Positions 9,506-20,059 of a stretch of DNA of 64,000 bases are shown one piece after another. This stretch comes from Aestuariivirga sp. (lineage in GTDB: Bacteria > Pseudomonadota > Alphaproteobacteria > Rhizobiales > Aestuariivirgaceae). The first letter of the stretch is position 1; the number at the start of each line of letters is the position of its first letter. A program made the position numbers and the translations under genes. Below the pieces are notes generated by a model that did not search any database, was not told the DNA's origin, and worked only from the letters and a program-made list of their open reading frames with translations. The stretch is from NCBI RefSeq assembly GCF_020252395.1, contig NZ_JADCDB010000017.1:5710-69709 (forward strand). Direction: 5' to 3'.

Positions 9506-11950
9506 ATGATCAAGCCAGCCCCGCGCGGCGCCGACCCCGAGACGATCCGCGCTGAAATCCTTGAAAAACTTGCCTATTCGGTGGGCAAAGACCCCGCGGT
9601 TGCCAAGCGCCATGACTGGCTCACCGCCACCATCCTGGCGCTCCGCGACCGCATCATCGACCGCTGGATGGAATCGACCAAGCGCGCTTATCAGACCAAG
9701 GCCAAGCGCGTCTATTACCTGTCGCTCGAGTTCCTCATCGGCCGCCTGCTTCGGGATGCGATGAGCAATCTTGAGCTCACCGGCGCCTTCACCAAGGCCT
9801 TGGCCGCGCTCAATGTCGATATCGACCTGATCGAGGCGCTGGAGCCTGACGCGGCGCTGGGCAACGGCGGGTTAGGCCGTCTCGCCGCCTGCTTCATGGA
9901 GAGCATGGCGAGCCTCGACATCCCGGCCTATGGCTATGGCATCCGCTACAATCACGGCCTGTTCCGCCAGAAGATCACCGACGGCTGGCAGGTGGAACTG
10001 CCCGAAAACTGGCTTGAGCACGGAAATCCCTGGGAATTTCCGCGCCGGGAGGCCGCCTACGAGATTGGCTTCGGCGGGCAGGTGATGCCCGGCATCGATG
10101 CCAACAACCGCCACCAGCGGCGCTGGAAGCCGGCCGAGAAGCTCATCGCCTCCGCATGCGACACGCCCATGGTGGGCTGGCGCGGCAGGCGGGTGAATAC
10201 GCTCCGCCTGTGGACGGCCCGCGCGCCGGACCCGATCCGCCTCGATGCCTTCAACAGCGGCGATTATGCGGCAGCCCTCTCCGGGAGCAACAAGGCGGAG
10301 ATCATCACCCGCGTGCTTTATCCTGCGGATTCAACGCCCGCGGGCCAGGAGCTGCGGCTCCGGCAGGAGTATTTCTTCACCTCCGCCTCGCTGCAGGACA
10401 TCATCCGCCGCCACATGCAGCAGTATGACGACATCCGGCTGCTGGCCGACAAGGTGGCCATCCAGCTCAATGACACGCACCCCGCCGGGGCGGTGGCGGA
10501 GCTCATGCGCATATTAGTGGATCATCATGGGCTGGACTGGGACGAGGCCTGGGAGATCACCAAGGCTGCGATCGGTTACACCAACCACACCTTGTTGCCG
10601 GAAGCGTTGGAAAGCTGGCCCGTGCACGTGTTCGAACATGTGCTCCCGCGGCACATGCAAATCATCTACGGCATCAACGCAAAACTCATCGGCGACGCGC
10701 AGAAAAGCAACTTTTGCAACGATGATTTTCTCGCTTCGGTGTCATTGATCGACGAGCACAATGGGCGCCGGGTGCGCATGGGGCAGCTGGCCTTCGTTGG
10801 CGCGCATTCGATCAACGGTGTTTCCGCCTTGCATACGGAACTGATGCAGCAAAGCGTGTTCCGAGACCTCAACAAACTCTACCCGGGCCGCATCAACAAC
10901 AAGACCAACGGCATCACGCCGCGGCGCTGGCTTCTCGAGGTAAATCCGCGGCTTACGTCGCTTCTCAACGAGGCCGCCGGCGCCAATGCGATGGACGATG
11001 CCGAAGTTCTGACACAAGCCAAAGCCTCCGCCACGGATGCCGCCTTCCAGCAGCGCTTCGCGGCTATCAAACGGCACAACAAGGAAGAGCTTGCCAATCT
11101 GATCGCCGCGCGGATGGGACTGAAAGTCGATCCCGCGGCGATGTTCGATGTGCATGTGAAGCGCATTCACGAATACAAGCGCCAACTGCTCAACATATTG
11201 GAAACAATAGCACTTTACAACGCGATCCGCGCCCATCCCGAGCGGCCCTGGGCGCCGCGCGTCAAAATTTTCGCAGGGAAAGCAGCGGCGAGCTATGCCC
11301 AGGCGAAGCTCATCATCAAGCTGATCAACGATGTGGCGCAGGTCGTCAACAACGACCCTGACGTGCGCGACCTCCTCAAGGTCGTGTTCATCCCCAACTA
11401 CAATGTGAGTTTGGCGGAAGTCATTGTTCCGGCTGCCGATTTGTCAGAACAAATTTCGACAGCGGGCATGGAGGCCTCGGGCACGGGCAACATGAAGTTC
11501 GCGCTCAACGGGGCGCTGACCATCGGCACGCTCGACGGCGCCAATGTCGAGATGCTGGAGCATGTGGGTGCGGACAACATCTTCATCTTCGGTCTGACGG
11601 CTGCGGAAGTTGATGAAAAGCGTCGCATTGGTGTTGACGCCGTTGCACTTCTGGATGCTGCCCCAGAGCTACGGAATGTCCTCGACCAACTGTCGTCCGG
11701 CGTGTTCTCGCCGGGTGACAACAACCGGTACCGGCCGATCGTCGACAGCATCACCCATGGCGACTGGTTCATGGTCGCCTCCGACTTCAAAGCCTATGCC
11801 GCGACCCAGCACGAAGTGGCCAAGCTCTGGCACCGGACCCGGGACTGGACGAAAAAGACGATCCTCAATACGGTGAACATGGGTTGGTTCTCGTCCGACC
11901 GGACGATCCGGGACTACGCCCGCGACATTTGGCACGTGCCCACCATTTGA
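9506..11950 (+). CDS. glgP: glycogen phosphorylase
   Basis: ATG at 9506 gives MIKPAPRG.... GT35 phosphorylase motifs are present: LGNGGLGRLAACF, EASGTGNMKFALNGALTIGTLDGANVE. The first 261 codons of ORF 8723.. overlap the EamA gene and are rejected. Confidence 0.93.
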   Translation: MIKPAPRGADPETIRAEILEKLAYSVGKDPAVAKRHDWLTATILALRDRIIDRWMESTKRAYQTKAKRVYYLSLEFLIGRLLRDAMSNLELTGAFTKALAALNVDIDLIEALEPDAALGNGGLGRLAACFMESMASLDIPAYGYGIRYNHGLFRQKITDGWQVELPENWLEHGNPWEFPRREAAYEIGFGGQVMPGIDANNRHQRRWKPAEKLIASACDTPMVGWRGRRVNTLRLWTARAPDPIRLDAFNSGDYAAALSGSNKAEIITRVLYPADSTPAGQELRLRQEYFFTSASLQDIIRRHMQQYDDIRLLADKVAIQLNDTHPAGAVAELMRILVDHHGLDWDEAWEITKAAIGYTNHTLLPEALESWPVHVFEHVLPRHMQIIYGINAKLIGDAQKSNFCNDDFLASVSLIDEHNGRRVRMGQLAFVGAHSINGVSALHTELMQQSVFRDLNKLYPGRINNKTNGITPRRWLLEVNPRLTSLLNEAAGANAMDDAEVLTQAKASATDAAFQQRFAAIKRHNKEELANLIAARMGLKVDPAAMFDVHVKRIHEYKRQLLNILETIALYNAIRAHPERPWAPRVKIFAGKAAASYAQAKLIIKLINDVAQVVNNDPDVRDLLKVVFIPNYNVSLAEVIVPAADLSEQISTAGMEASGTGNMKFALNGALTIGTLDGANVEMLEHVGADNIFIFGLTAAEVDEKRRIGVDAVALLDAAPELRNVLDQLSSGVFSPGDNNRYRPIVDSITHGDWFMVASDFKAYAATQHEVAKLWHRTRDWTKKTILNTVNMGWFSSDRTIRDYARDIWHVPTI

Positions 11951-11964
11951 GGAGCTGACGCCAC

Positions 11965-14160
11965 ATGGCCGACCCGGACTGGACACTGCCTGCACCTGAG
12001 GTCGAGGCAATCGTATCGGGTCGACACGGAGATCCCTTCGCCGTGCTGGGCTTGCACCAGGCTGGCGCGGAGTGGGTGGCCCGCGCCTTCGTGCCGGGGG
12101 CGGAGGAGCTCGAAGTCCTCGACACGGACGGCAGGCGTCTCGCCGCGCTGCCACGCCGGCACCAGGCCGGCTTCTTCGAGGGCTTGCTGCCAGTATCGTG
12201 TCGACAGGGGCTGGGCTATCTCGCGCGCAACCAGGGCGGCAGATGGACGGTGATCGACCCCTATTTACTGGGTCCGGTGCTGGGACCGCTCGACGATTAT
12301 TACATCGGCGAGGGAAACCACCTGCGGCTTTATGACCGGCTGGGCGCGCATCCGATGCGGCACGAGGGGCATGACGGCGTGCATTTCGCGGTGTGGGCGC
12401 CCAATGCCTCACGCGTCTCCGCCGTCGGCGACTTCAACGGCTGGGACGGGCGAGCCCACGTGATGCGGAAGCGCCGCGACACAGGCGTGTGGGAGATCTT
12501 CATCCCCGGCGCGCAGGAAGGGCAATGCTACAAGTATGAATTGCTCGACCCCACAGGCAAACTGCTGCCGCTGAAGAGCGACCCGTTCGGATTTTCCGCC
12601 GAGATGCGGCCCAAGACGGCCTCGCGCGTGGCGCGTACCGATAATTTCAATTGGGAAGACAAGGCCTATCTGGACCGCCGCCGCAAGATCGACCAGCGCC
12701 GCACACCGATGTCGATCTACGAGGTGCATCTGGGCTCCTGGCGGCGCTGGAACGATGGCCGCTTTCTCACTTATGACGAACTCGCCGACACGCTGATCCC
12801 CTATGTGGCCGAGATGGGCTACACGCATATCGAGCTCCTGCCGGTGAGCGAGCACCCTTTCGACCCGTCCTGGGGCTACCAACCGACAGGGCTTTATGCG
12901 CCGACCTCGCGCTTCGGCGATCCGGCGGGCTTCGCGCGCTTCGTGGACGGCGCGCATCGCGCGGGGATCGGCGTCATCCTCGACTGGGTGCCGGCACATT
13001 TCCCGACCGACGAGCATGGGCTGGCACGCTTCGACGGCACCGCACTCTACGAGCACGAGGACCCGCGGCAGGGCTTCCACCCGGACTGGAACACCGCAAT
13101 CTATAATTTCGGGCGGAGGGAGGTGGCAAGCTTCCTGCTCAACAACGCGCTCTACTGGCTGGAGCGCTATCACGTCGATGGACTGCGCGTCGATGCGGTG
13201 GCCTCGATGCTCTATCTCGATTACTCGCGCAGAGAGGGCGAGTGGATTCCCAACGAACATGGCGGGCGCGAGAACCTGGAGGCTATCGCCTTCCTGCAGC
13301 GCGTGAACCATGAGGCCTATGGCCAGAACCCCGGCATCGTGACCATTGCAGAGGAATCGACCGCGTTTCCCGGCGTGTCGAAGCCCACCAATGCAGGCGG
13401 CCTCGGCTTCGGCTTCAAGTGGAACATGGGCTTCATGCATGACACACTGTCCTACCTGAAGCGCGAGCCCATCCACCGCAAGCACCACCACAATGAGCTG
13501 ACCTTCGGCCTGCTCTATGCCTTCTCGGAAAACTTCGTGCTGCCGCTGTCCCACGACGAGGTGGTGCATGGCAAGGGTTCGCTCTTGAACAAGATGGCGG
13601 GCGATGCGTGGCAGAAATTCGCGACCTTGCGCGCCTATTACGCCTTCATGTGGGGATACCCGGGCAAGAAGCTGCTCTTCATGGGGCAGGAACTCGCACC
13701 CTGGGGCGAATGGTCGGAGGCCAAGAGCCTGGACTGGAACCTGCTGGACCATGCGCCGCACCGCGGCGTGCAATCCCTCATGCGCGACCTGAACCACGTC
13801 TACCGCGGCACGCCCGCGCTCCATGCGCGCGACTGCGAGCCGGAGGGCTTCGAGTGGCTGACGGCGGACGACAAGGAAAACTCCGTCTTCGCCTGGGCGC
13901 GCCATTCGGGCGAGGGACACCCGATCGTGGTGGTGGTGAGCAACTTCACGCCTGTGCCGCGGACGTGCTATGCGCTGCCCATGCCGGTGGCCGGACGCTG
14001 GCGGGAGCTGCTCAACACCGACGCCCATATCTATGGCGGAAGCGGCATGGGCAACATGGGGGCGGTGGTGGCGGAACCGGAGCCGCTGAACGGCAAGCCG
14101 GCCCAGGCAAGCGTGACCTTGCCACCGCTCGCAACCTTGTATTTCATGCAGGATGGCTAG
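11965..14160 (+). CDS. glgB: 1,4-alpha-glucan branching enzyme
   Basis: 731 aa. GH13 motifs are present: [48 protein letters not shown]. Confidence 0.95.
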   Translation: MADPDWTLPAPEVEAIVSGRHGDPFAVLGLHQAGAEWVARAFVPGAEELEVLDTDGRRLAALPRRHQAGFFEGLLPVSCRQGLGYLARNQGGRWTVIDPYLLGPVLGPLDDYYIGEGNHLRLYDRLGAHPMRHEGHDGVHFAVWAPNASRVSAVGDFNGWDGRAHVMRKRRDTGVWEIFIPGAQEGQCYKYELLDPTGKLLPLKSDPFGFSAEMRPKTASRVARTDNFNWEDKAYLDRRRKIDQRRTPMSIYEVHLGSWRRWNDGRFLTYDELADTLIPYVAEMGYTHIELLPVSEHPFDPSWGYQPTGLYAPTSRFGDPAGFARFVDGAHRAGIGVILDWVPAHFPTDEHGLARFDGTALYEHEDPRQGFHPDWNTAIYNFGRREVASFLLNNALYWLERYHVDGLRVDAVASMLYLDYSRREGEWIPNEHGGRENLEAIAFLQRVNHEAYGQNPGIVTIAEESTAFPGVSKPTNAGGLGFGFKWNMGFMHDTLSYLKREPIHRKHHHNELTFGLLYAFSENFVLPLSHDEVVHGKGSLLNKMAGDAWQKFATLRAYYAFMWGYPGKKLLFMGQELAPWGEWSEAKSLDWNLLDHAPHRGVQSLMRDLNHVYRGTPALHARDCEPEGFEWLTADDKENSVFAWARHSGEGHPIVVVVSNFTPVPRTCYALPMPVAGRWRELLNTDAHIYGGSGMGNMGAVVAEPEPLNGKPAQASVTLPPLATLYFMQDG

Positions 14161-14172
14161 GGACGTGGTTTT

Positions 14173-14221
14173 CCCTCCCCCTTGTGGGGAGGGGAGAAGG
14201 AAATGGACGGCTCCCCACAAG
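14173..14221. repeat. nested inverted repeats in the glgB-glgC spacer (REP-like, not a canonical terminator)
   Basis: CCCTCCCC (14173-14180) pairs with GGGGAGGG (14186-14193) across the loop CTTGT. In addition, CTTGTGGGGAG (14181-14191) is the exact reverse complement of CTCCCCACAAG (14211-14221), which allows an alternative pairing. No U-tract follows. Confidence 0.45.
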
Positions 14222-14240
14222 AGCGAGGGGAACTGGAAAC

Positions 14241-14327
14241 GGAGGAAGGCCCATGGCCGGACAGAGAAGGACCGGACCGCTGGCGCGCGATGCGATGGCC
14301 TATGTGCTGGCCGGCGGGCGCGGCAGC
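14241..14327 (+). repeat. direct repeat copy 1: duplicated glgC RBS plus codons 1-25
   Basis: 87 nt align with 15704..15790 at offset 1463 with 4 mismatches: ggaggaaggcccATGgcc...gtgctggc...cgcggcagc. Confidence 0.9.
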
Positions 14328-14351
14328 AGTGTCGCTGTGAGGTGGAGGTAA
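14253..14351 (+). pseudogene. glgC' 5' remnant (32 codons, [25 protein letters not shown] then out-of-context SVAVRWR*)
   Basis: The first 25 codons match glgC at 15716. The ORF leaves homology at 14328 and stops at TAA 14349-14351, 5 nt before the cassette ATG. Confidence 0.8.
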
Positions 14352-14356
14352 CGATC

Positions 14357-15163
14357 ATGCCTGACAGCAACCGGATAACGATGATCATCGAGGGTCTGCC
14401 CGAAGACGATGGCCGGGTCCGCTTTAAGACTTTCATCGATCAGCTCCAGAGTCTCAACGCAACAATCAATAGACTCGATCGAGAGCATTCCGAAGGTCGA
14501 GAGCACGTCGATTTTCAGATAGCCGAGCTTTCCTTCAACAGTCCTGTGCGCGTTGTTCTGGAACCAAAACCCACTGCGAATGCGCAAGGTATTGCGGCAG
14601 CCATCATCGATAGCTTCAAAAAAGTCGGGGATGCCATAGACGGCGATGATGATCTGAGCAGAATTGATAGCGATATTCTTGCTGATATGCGCGCCCTTGC
14701 CCGCCCGGTTGGTAAGCAGGTGAAATCCGCTTCTCTTCGATTCGATGGCGAAGAATTCAGATTGACCGAGCGTGTCTATAGCCGAGCTGATCAAGCTCTA
14801 GCCGTAACAGAAGAATGTGACGGAACCTTCGATGGAATGCTTGAGCAAATCAACATCCATCTTGGGGCGAACACCTTCCACATCTACCCGACTATCGGCC
14901 CCAGAAGGATCGCTTGCACCTTCCCAGCGACACTATACGACGATGCTGTCGCGGCCGTTGGTAGAAGAGTTGAAGTGTCCGGCTTACTCAGATACCGGTC
15001 GGGTGCAGACTTCCCCCATCAGATAATTGTGCGCGAAATCAGAGTGTTTCCCAACGAAGACAGCCTCCCAGATTGGGAGGACATCCGAGGAATAGCGCCA
15101 GATGCAACAGGTTCTTTAACGAGTGAGGCATTCGTAAGGGAGTTGCGTGATGCCTGGGTCTAG
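14357..15163 (+). CDS. hypothetical 268-aa protein, first gene of the cassette; putative partner or antitoxin of the PIN protein
   Basis: ATG 14357 is preceded by GGTGGAGG (14341-14348). I recognise no family motif. The gene overlaps the start of the downstream PIN gene by 14 nt. Confidence 0.65.
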   Translation: MPDSNRITMIIEGLPEDDGRVRFKTFIDQLQSLNATINRLDREHSEGREHVDFQIAELSFNSPVRVVLEPKPTANAQGIAAAIIDSFKKVGDAIDGDDDLSRIDSDILADMRALARPVGKQVKSASLRFDGEEFRLTERVYSRADQALAVTEECDGTFDGMLEQINIHLGANTFHIYPTIGPRRIACTFPATLYDDAVAAVGRRVEVSGLLRYRSGADFPHQIIVREIRVFPNEDSLPDWEDIRGIAPDATGSLTSEAFVRELRDAWV

Positions 15164-15668
15164 TCCTCTGTACTACTGGGATACATGCCTCTTCCTTGCT
15201 TGGCTGAAGGATGAAGAACGCCCAACGGGTGAAATGGCCGGGGTACGGGAAGTAATCGCCAAATGTAAGCGTCGCGACGCAGTCATGATGACTTCTGTTG
15301 TCACGTTGACGGAGGTCTTGAGCTCCCAATTGCCCGCTGGAACAGACAGACTCTTCACCGATCTAATGCAGAGAGTTCAACTCAAGTCCGTGGATACCAA
15401 AATAGCTCGCTTAGCTCATGACCTAAGAGACTGGTTTTGGCAAAGGCGAGCCGAGTACAACAATACCCCACTCTCTGTTCCTGATGCATTGCACTTAGCA
15501 ACTGCTGTTCTGTACAAGGCAAATGAGTTCCACACATTTGATCGTAAAAACAGTCGTAACTCGCTCGGACTATTGCCTCTGTCTGGAAATGTGGGCGGCC
15601 ACAAATTGGTTGTATGTAAACCAGAGGCAAAGCATCTGGAGCTTGATCTCCGAAGGCCGAAAAAATGA
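15150..15668 (+). CDS. PIN-domain (VapC-like) ribonuclease, 172 aa
   Basis: The acidic quartet has PIN-typical spacing and context: D11 (YYWDTCLF), E55 (TLTEVLS), D112 (VPDALHLATAV), D131 (FHTFD). The start is ATG 15150, with GTG 15147 as an alternative. Confidence 0.8.
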   Translation: MPGSSPLYYWDTCLFLAWLKDEERPTGEMAGVREVIAKCKRRDAVMMTSVVTLTEVLSSQLPAGTDRLFTDLMQRVQLKSVDTKIARLAHDLRDWFWQRRAEYNNTPLSVPDALHLATAVLYKANEFHTFDRKNSRNSLGLLPLSGNVGGHKLVVCKPEAKHLELDLRRPKK

Positions 15669-15703
15669 CGAATGAAACGACATTCGATAACATAGCCGAA
15701 TAG

Positions 15704-15790
15704 GGAGGAAGGCCCATGGCCGCACAGAGAAGGACCGGACCGCTGGCGCGCGATGCGATGGCCTATGTGCTGGCGGGGGGCCGCGGCAGC
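15704..15790 (+). repeat. direct repeat copy 2: functional glgC RBS plus codons 1-25
   Basis: See copy 1. This copy continues into the full-length glgC. Confidence 0.9.
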
Positions 15791-16977
15791 CGGCTGATGG
15801 AACTGACCGACCGGCGCGCCAAGCCCGCCGTGCCCTTCGGCTGCAAGTCGCGCATCATCGACTTCGCGCTGTCCAACGCGCTCAATTCCGGCATCCGGCG
15901 CATTGGGGTGGCCACGCAATACAAGGCGCACAGCCTGATCCGCCACATGCAACGCGGCTGGAACTTCTTTCGCCCCGAGCGCAACGAGAGCTTCGACATA
16001 TTGCCGGCCTCGCAGCGCGTGTCGGAAGACCAGTGGTATGCCGGGACGGCGGATGCAGTGTACCAGAACCTCGACATCATCCTGAGCTATGGCCCCAAAT
16101 ACATGGCGATCCTGGCGGGTGACCATATTTACAAGATGGATTACGAGCTGATGCTGCAGCAGCACGTCAACTCCGGCGCCGACGTGACCATTGGCTGCCT
16201 TGAGGTGCCGCGCATGGAGGCGACGGGCTTCGGCGTAATGGCCGTGGACGGACAAGACCGCATCACCGCTTTCGTGGAAAAGCCGAAGGACCCGCCGGGC
16301 ATTCCCGGCAACCCTGACATGGCGCTGGCCTCCATGGGCATCTATGTGTTCGAGACGGCGAAGCTGGCGCAGTGGCTGCGCGAGGATGCGGCGAACCCCC
16401 AGTCGAGCCGCGACTTCGGCAAGGACATCATTCCCTTCCTCGTCAATCACGGCAAGGCGGTGGCGCACCGCTTCACCGCGAGCTGCGTGCGATCGGAACA
16501 TGAAACGGAAGCCTACTGGCGCGACGTGGGGACCGTCGATGCCTATTGGGAAGCCAATATCGACCTGACCGAGACGCTGCCCGCACTCGACCTCTATGAC
16601 ACCGAGTGGCCGATCTGGACTTACTCCGAGGTGACGCCGCCCGCCAAATTCGTGCATGACCTCGAAGGCCGGCGCGGCTCGGCCGTGGCCTCGCTCGTCT
16701 CCGGCGGTTGCATCGTGTCCGGCGCTTCCATCAAGCGCACCATGCTGTCGCCCAATGTGCGGGTGAACTCCTTCTCCGCGCTCGAGGAGGCAGTGGTGCT
16801 GCCGTCGGTTTTCATCGAACGCAATGTGAGCCTGAAGAAAGTTGTGATCGACACCAGCGTGCGCATCCCTGAGGGCCTCGTCGTCGGCGAGGATCCGGAG
16901 CTCGACGCCAAGCGCTTCCGCCGCACGGCGAGCGGCATCTGCCTCATCACCCAGCCGATGATCGACCGCCTGGCATT

Positions 16978-16981
<4 letters not shown>
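15716..16981 (+). CDS. glgC: glucose-1-phosphate adenylyltransferase
   Basis: 421 aa. The sequence reads [27 protein letters not shown], then [13 protein letters not shown] and FVEKP. Confidence 0.95.
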
Positions 16982-20030
<3,049 letters not shown>

Positions 20031-20059
20031 CAGAGGCTGCCCAACCCTTTCCACTCGGC

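Larger units (their letters stand above)
14328..15703 (+). mobile_element. 1376-bp AT-richer inserted cassette lying between the two glgC 5' repeat copies; no recombinase gene
   Basis: Hand counts give 50% G+C in 14401-14520 and 47% in 15361-15480, against 74% in 15721-15840. The boundaries are defined by the end of copy 1 and the start of copy 2 of the 87-bp repeat. Confidence 0.65.

Noticed and set aside
14153-14356. 68-codon N-terminal extension of the first cassette gene in the ORF track (336-aa version)
   Set aside because: The extension starts inside the glgB stop region and reads through the REP-like hairpins and the glgC' repeat in a different frame. ATG 14357, which has a strong GGTGGAGG SD, is the credible start.
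12409-14436. 675-aa minus-strand ORF
   Set aside because: It is antisense to glgB and its translation is low-complexity and R/H/A-rich. It also runs through the glgB-glgC spacer, which argues against a real gene.
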